A DNA stretch of 41,747 bases, taken from positions 590,196 to 631,942 of the forward strand of contig NW_005434642.1 in assembly GCF_000315625.1 (NCBI RefSeq). The letters are read 5' to 3'. Both the position numbers and the translations under genes were made by a program. Source of the stretch: Guillardia theta CCMP2712 (Eukaryota > Protista > Cryptophyta). Positions 35,504 through 41,747 of this stretch are shown in pieces (positions within the stretch are counted from its first letter, which is position 1; each line of letters starts with the position of its first letter). The notes beneath the pieces are model-generated. The model was not told the DNA's origin. It saw nothing but the letters and a program-made list of their open reading frames with translations, and did no database searches.

Positions 35504-37340
35504 TGATGTTGTACCCGTGACATCGTTGCACTTGTAACGATGCAACAGCATCATGCCGAAATAGCAAAAACTATAAGGGCAATATGAAGTTTTATATGGA
35601 ATACCTCAGGTACCGTGTCGGGTACATTTTGGTACTTCATCAGGCAAATACCGACTGTTATGTGTACCATGCCCAACGTGGCAGGGCGCATCTTGTACGG
35701 TGGACCTGGCGGCTAGTCGTAAACTCAGTACATACGACAGGTAGAGTACTATGAGGATGAGACTTGACCGTACCATAGCAAGATCATTTACGACACTATT
35801 TAAGCTCAGAGAGGAGCGGACACCTTCGCTGCTCGTTTCCTCGCCACTCTTACACATCAGTCCCTCATACGTTATCTTGCTCTGCTGATACATAAACAAA
35901 TCTAGCTTCATTCTTCATTCTTCCAAGCACACCTCGCTACGTTGTGGAACAAGTCTCACATCAGGTTAGAGCCTCGCGTTGAAGAATGACGACAGCTTAC
36001 CAACTAAACTGGCCTCCATCAAATGGCAACTCGATCCTTACAAGAGTTACACCAGAGAATGCAAGAACTGCCGCTCCAGCAATCGAAGAATTTATTCAAA
36101 GAGAGCTAAGCGGGAGATTCTTTGCATATCTCAACTCAGAAGGGAAAGAAGAGAAAATGCAAGCTTTCTTCGAGCACAACATTCCAATCTCAGAAGGATT
36201 ATCAGTTGCAGAAAAAGAAGCCATTATCGTCAAGCGGAGAGAATTCGTGCAAATAGCAGACCAAGCACTCATTCAAATTCTGTTTGCAATCTACGAAAAT
36301 TGCAGCAGCAGAAAGAAAACCATAACGCGATATATGAAAGAGCAGCACAGCGATTCCAACGCAGGGAAGTTTCACTTCGCCGCGATACGAGCGTGGAATG
36401 AATTTAAACAATTGGACCAACCGACTGAGTTGTCAAGCACGAAACAAACAACTCAAAGCTTGAAAGAACTCAACCAAGCACTAAAGTATGGAGGAGACTA
36501 TACTACTTACGTCACCGATATTATTCGGATTCTTGAGAGATTCATGGAAAAAGGACAGGACTGTGAACTCATCTTAGCCACTACCTGGGACCAGATCCAA
36601 CAGGAATTGAAAAGTATCGATCGACACGGAGAACAAGGACAAATCGCAAAATGGATTACCAACCAAATCCAACGAGCGTCAACCGAACCAACGTTCTACT
36701 ACAACGAGAAACCCACCATTGAAAGCCTTCAACGATTTCACGCCGTGGCGAAGAACTCAAGTTCATTTCACCAAACAAGGATCTACGAAAGACGGTAACG
36801 CAGTCCCAATCGTGCGCACTACCTACAGCCACCCTGGCTTCCCAAACAAACGGAAGGCGCCACAAGACGTAGATGGCACAAACCACAAGAAGAACAAGGT
36901 TTACCATACTACAGATCCAGGCGGTACCCAAGGGCAAGAATGTGCAGTGCGATTTGCATTGAGTGCAATTACCCCGCAAAGATCTACAAGAGTCACGGTA
37001 CATCACAGCACGACAAGACTAAGATCGGCAGAAATGGAAAAGAATCACCGGAGACCCAGTCAACGGATTCCAGACTCAAGGATGGAAAAAAGAGAACAGC
37101 AAGCTACTCGAGCAGCCGCACAGCAAGTTGGGAACCAACTGCCGAACAAGGGCTCTGCGTACAACAAGCCCAAGTTTCAGGGGAAACCCAACGCAAAAAA
37201 CTTTCGTCAGAAAAACCCCAACTGCTCCAATGAGAACAGCGGGAACTACCCAAAGTCAAAGTTCAAAAAGAACATGACGACTACGGGAGGCAATGATTTC
37301 ATTGTGAATCTTGCTGAAGCGTTACAGCAGGTCGCAAAAC
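35504..37340 (+). mobile_element. Truncated Ty1/copia-like LTR retrotransposon (5' LTR, PBS, degenerate gag)
   Basis: LTR 35504-35963 is bounded by TGATGT...ACATCA. Directly after it, GGTTAGAGCCTCGCG resembles the half-tRNAiMet PBS (GGTTATGAGCCC). ATG at 35986 opens a 270-aa helical ORF, followed by a frameshifted Cys/His motif (CIECNY...SH....H) and a basic tail. Confidence 0.75.
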
Positions 37341-37806
37341 GCTTCTCAAGGATATACCTGCGTCATCAATATCATTCCGCATGTTTCAATCAAGCCTGAT
37401 GCACACCTTTGGGTGAGGAATGACAGTTGACACTTGTAGTAATTAGCAAGCTGCTGCAGCTGCGTCTCCATGTCCTTCTTCTGCAGCTGCAGCTCCTTCT
37501 CCATCATTGTCCTTCTTCTGCAGCTGCAGCTCCGTCTTCATGTCCTTCTTCTGCAGCTCCAATGCAATAACATACACATTCGAGGTCGCATTCGCAGCAT
37601 CAATCCCCAGCATCTCGCACACCTCAGTGACATATGCTTTCCCAGAGCTTATGGCTGAGATCCGTACCCGCCCGCGAGCGGCTGAGAAGATTGGCAGTAT
37701 TCTGCGTGAGGGCCTCGGACCTAAGCCCATCCTAGTAGCTGACAAGGCAGACAAGCGGGACCGCGATGCTAGTAAGTTGAGGTCCCTGACGGGAACCAGG
37801 TTTGAC

Positions 37807-40213
37807 CATTACGTTCGCTTATAGCTTTAGTTAATTCTCGATCCTGTCCTTCTGGTACTAATCATGGACACGGCTCTAATTGCAATTTGTACCAGTCCTT
37901 CCCCCCCTGATGGCGCCTGGGCAGTGGGGGTCTTCTGCCCTTGCCTGGAGTAGACCCCACCCTCACTCTCCCATGGGAAAAGAGTAGGTCGGGTGGGCGA
38001 CTTGGCTGGGGCAAGGGTAGGTTGTGAACCTTTTATTCCAAGTATTTGCATGCAGAAATTTGTATCGGCGGCGTGCTATTCTTAGATTCAAACTGTACTG
38101 CATGACGACAATAAAATCAATTCTACACGCCTTCGTGGTACAAGAACAGTACCGAAAATCCTATCGACCCACCCATGCTTTTCTCTGTTGGATACAGGAG
38201 GCATAACCCCTGGTCAGAGGCGTGTATTCAAAATTTGAACTTTAACGTAAGGTACCCACCCTTGCTCATGTGTCATAATTCCCTAAAACAGGAGGGTGGT
38301 CGATACGGCACTCAATCTTGGGATCAGGGGGTGGGTGGTAAGGAATCCCCAACCCATCCCTCCCTCTCGATGCATGATGAATGTTGCCCATCCAGCGACC
38401 ATCAGGCTACTGAAAGATGCCAAGACCAACATGGTGACAAAGGTCAAACATGAGAATCAAAGATGGTGGGTTTGAGTGGTATGCATGCTCACTTTGCAAC
38501 TCTGATACTTTAGTGACAGATCCTGCTTCCCGGCGAGCAGTCATCGTGCATGGATCAGGATGCCCAAAGCTCTGCCCTTTTCAACGCTGCACTTGCACAT
38601 ATTACATGTGGTGATGCACTCAGGTTGGCATTGCTACTCCACATACAGGTTGATGACAGACGTTATATTGTCTAGATTGTTTAGAACCCCAATTCCAGCT
38701 TGAACAACATTGTTGAAGACGTGCAAACTGTTAGCGGCAATCTGTTTCTCAAAAACAGATCCCATCACGAATCACGGTGAAGCTGAGATCAAGTGAAGAT
38801 TGATCTTCTCATGTTTGTGTATCAGGTAAGCATCGTGCATCCACATGAACAAGCAACACAGCATTTTTTTCCTTGGCACCTTCCTTCCTAGCAGAACAAT
38901 GAACAAATGTAAGATATTACATGCTCGTGACGATATCGACAGCAGACAAGTTTTACGACAAAAGAAAATTATGTAGGGATGATCTAAGTGTATCGAATAC
39001 TTGCTGTTGGTGCTCAACATGTGGAGAAAAGACGATTTGAATGAATTCATGAGAATTCATGACAGTGGATCACTTCTGAAGCAACGTATCTCAATGTTGC
39101 ATACATAGCTTAACTTCATATCCTTACATCGTGAGAGTTGACAACCTGTATGGAGTGAGCTTTTCTGCGTCACATCATCATGCTGAGATCTGCATGCAAC
39201 TTTCCAGCGCAGTTGCAGAGTCATGTGCACAGGAGTTCTCTTGCAAGTAAACTGATTCCAGATCATGCTTAATGAAATGCGTACCGTCTGTTGATGCCTT
39301 GACCGAGAACAATCGTGTTACAGAGTATTGCTACTCGCTGCATGCGAAGCTGCTACTGTCTACAACACTCTAGAGTTCTGAACATCATATCAGTCCACAG
39401 CATGCAGGTTGCAAGGTTCCGAACGAACCACGCTTCAAAGCAGGGCCATGAGCTTTGAATCATGCTTGATAGAACACGTACACTCAGCTCAGTTCATGCT
39501 TTCGTGACCCTAGTTGGATGTTCATACACCTTGCCAATGCCCGTGAAACATGTTGCCTCTCCCATTCAAATGTATACTGTAAATCTGAGGCACAAAAATT
39601 CTAACATCAAATATCTTGAACTATGCAAAATCAAAATCCTTGATTACACTATGATGAGGCAAGAGCAGGATGCTCGTTGTCCCATCTTGTTTGTGAGGGC
39701 ACGAGTGAAGGTTGAGCTGCTTTGACAAACAGCACTGGATATCTAGTGCAATACTTTACATCTCAAGCATTTGTTTATTGATAAAACATAACATTGTCGA
39801 CTATGCGAANNNNNNNNNNNNNNNNNNNNNNNNNNNNNNNNNNNNNNNNNNNNNNNNNNNNNNNNNNNNNNNNNNNNNNNNNNNNNNNNNNNNNNNNNNN
39901 NNNNNNNNNNNNNNNNNNNNNNNNNNNNNNNNNNNNNNNNNNNNNNNNNNNNNNNNNNNNNNNNNNNNNNNNNNNNNNNNNNNNNNNNNNNNNNNNNNNN
40001 NNNNNNNNNNNNNNNNNNNNNNNNNNNNNNNNNNNNNNNNNNNNNNNNNNNNNNNNNNNNNNNNNNNNNNNNNNNNNNNNNNNNNNNNNNNNNNNNNNNN
40101 NNNNNNNNNNNNNNNNNNNNNNNNNNNNNNNNNNNNNNNNNNNNNNNNNNNNNNNNNNNNNNNNNNNNNNNNNNNNNNNNNNNNNNNNNNNNNNNNNNNN
40201 NNNNNNNNNNNNG
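37807..40213. other. Unclassified ~2.4-kb insertion (includes a gap) interrupting array copy 3
   Basis: Copy 3 stops at GGTTTGAC (37806) and resumes at the next base, TGCAACCAGG (40214). The interior has only short ORFs, and the right end is hidden in Ns. Confidence 0.55.
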
Positions 40214-40419
40214 TGCAACCAGGCATGAGACGATTCCGATCAAGCGCGGGATCCCGAAGCCATGACAAGGGGCAACCAGAGCTGCAAACCAAGAGAAGGC
40301 CAGGCCTAGAACCAGATATCTTGTAGGATTCATTTCATTCGTCGCCATGTGTGCATCAAGCATCTCTAATCCTTCTTGTGCTAAAAAACTATCCCGTCCT
40401 CAGGAGAAGATAGTGCAGG

Positions 40420-40594
40420 TGATATGATATGATATGATATGAGATGAGATGAGATGAGAAGAGATGAGATGAGATGAGATGAGATGAGATGAGATGAGAT
40501 GAGATGAGATGAGATGATATGAGATGATATGATATGAGATGATATGAGATGATATGATATGATATGATATGATATGATATGATATGATATGATA
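40420..40594. repeat. Compound (GATAT)n/(GAGAT)n microsatellite terminating the array
   Basis: About 35 pentamer units beginning just after array homology ends at ~40414. Confidence 0.95.
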
Positions 40595-40668
40595 CTTCAA
40601 TTTTCAACCGTACTAGGCTAGGCTAGCTGAACTGCGGCCTTCGAGATCGGACATGTACGAGGGATGTA

Positions 40669-40710
40669 TTTACTCAAAGTTAAGTTAAAATCAGTACGAG
40701 GACAATCAGG
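40669..40710 (-). mobile_element. 42-nt solo 3' terminus of family B RLE retroelement
   Basis: TTTACTCAAAGTTAAGTTAAAATCAGTACGAGGACAATCAGG matches 29935-29977 with a one-base indel. Confidence 0.7.
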
Positions 40711-41747
40711 AGAATACTGAGCGGCCTCAGAGGCTTGCCACCCTCACCAACTTCCCCCACGGCCCCGGCGTTACGGTCGGCCCCCGGGGATCCACGGGCC
40801 GTACGGTACTGGCCGGGCGTCCGATCGGAACAATGCGCCGGGCCCGGGTGACTCGGCGCGGCGGAGGCCCCGGCCGGGACCGGGACTCAGCGGACCTGCC
40901 AGGCTGGCCGGGCTGGCCCTCAGCGGCGGGTAAGGCCCGCAGCGCCGCTCTATCACCGGAGTGCGCGGGGACCCGGCCGGGCTTCGGAGCCGGGCTTCAA
41001 GGCCGCCCTACTAAGGCACGTTCAAGTTGCCGCAGGGCCAGGCTGCCGGCCCGCCGGGCCGGGCCGCCGAGCTCACTGTGTCAGTGGGCCCGCGCAGGGC
41101 CCGCGGCCGAACGCGACAGAGAGGGGATGGGGGCACAAACTACACGTGCAAATGAAGAAACTTGCGAGGGAGACAAGAGGAAGGGGAGGGAGAGGGGGGG
41201 GGATGCACAATGACGTTATCTCGGTAGAATTGACTAACGAACGTGATCAGACAGAGTCCGGAGAAGAGAAGGAGGAGAAGGAGGAGGAGAGGAGGAGGAG
41301 GAGAGAAGGGGAGGAGAGGAGGGGAGGAGGAGGAGGAGAGGCGGGGGAGGAGCGTTAAGGAAACTCATTTGTAGCAAGGAATGATCCGATTATTCTTTCA
41401 TCTTGCTGTGTTTGCACTGGGAGGGAACGACTGAATGGTGTGCTGCCCCAGGAGTTTGTCACATGCCTCCCAACACAGCTGCTACAGTGCGCCGGATGCA
41501 GGCAGGAGGAGGAGATGGGTGAAGGCGCTCGAGTAACAGCAGCACGCAGAGCGAGGTTGAGAAGCTTCTTCCCGTCCTCTCCCCGAGTCCCCATCCTCGG
41601 TAAGTGGAAGAGGAAGGGAACTAGTGAACGAGGACAGTGACGAGGAGGGCGGAGAAAGGAATTCAAAGAAAAGGAGAGGCAAGAAAAACGAGGAGAGGGA
41701 GAGGAAGAGGAAGATGAAGAGGCAGAGAGAGGATGAGAGGGAGGGAG

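Larger units (their letters stand above)
35042..40363 (-). pseudogene. Tandem array copy 3 (3 KKDM repeats), split into 35042-35503, 37341-37806 and 40214-40363
   Basis: The segments are collinear with copy 2. Frameshifts at ~35378 (+2) and ~37505 (+4), and two large insertions. Confidence 0.8.

Noticed and set aside
41400-41747. Possible exon with a GTAAGT donor near 41600
   Set aside because: Frame and product cannot be determined within the window, and the flanks are GA-rich low complexity.

Overview
Eukaryotic, intron-rich nuclear DNA with assembly gaps. Short 45-80 nt introns and a signal-peptide+Phe bipartite leader suggest a cryptophyte alga (Guillardia/Hanusia-like); this is inference. 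There are three zones. (1) 1-3.8 kb: a nest of truncated copies of a restriction-like-endonuclease (RLE, CRE-clade-like) non-LTR retroelement, all ending at the same terminus ...CCAGTAAATCC with no poly(A). (2) 4-28.5 kb: host genes, namely a decayed caspase-family pseudogene, a coiled-coil protein, an SRPBCC/START protein, centrin, a CNBD-type K+ channel, a PH-domain protein, a cNMP-binding protein and an IQ-TM-LamG-ShK-like membrane protein. (3) 29.1-40.6 kb: a head-to-tail array of three ~2 kb units encoding a putative plastid-targeted coiled-coil protein with 5, 18 and 3 KKDM repeats. The array is split by four separate insertions whose empty sites can be read from sister copies: a second RLE non-LTR element, a non-autonomous Helitron inside the start codon, a copia-like LTR-gag fragment, and an unclassified insert. 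The most unusual signals are 40-60 nt hairpin-ended retroelement 3' tags inserted on their own, and repeat copies that differ by short insertions drawn from the same word vocabulary as nearby GC-rich mosaic tracts.
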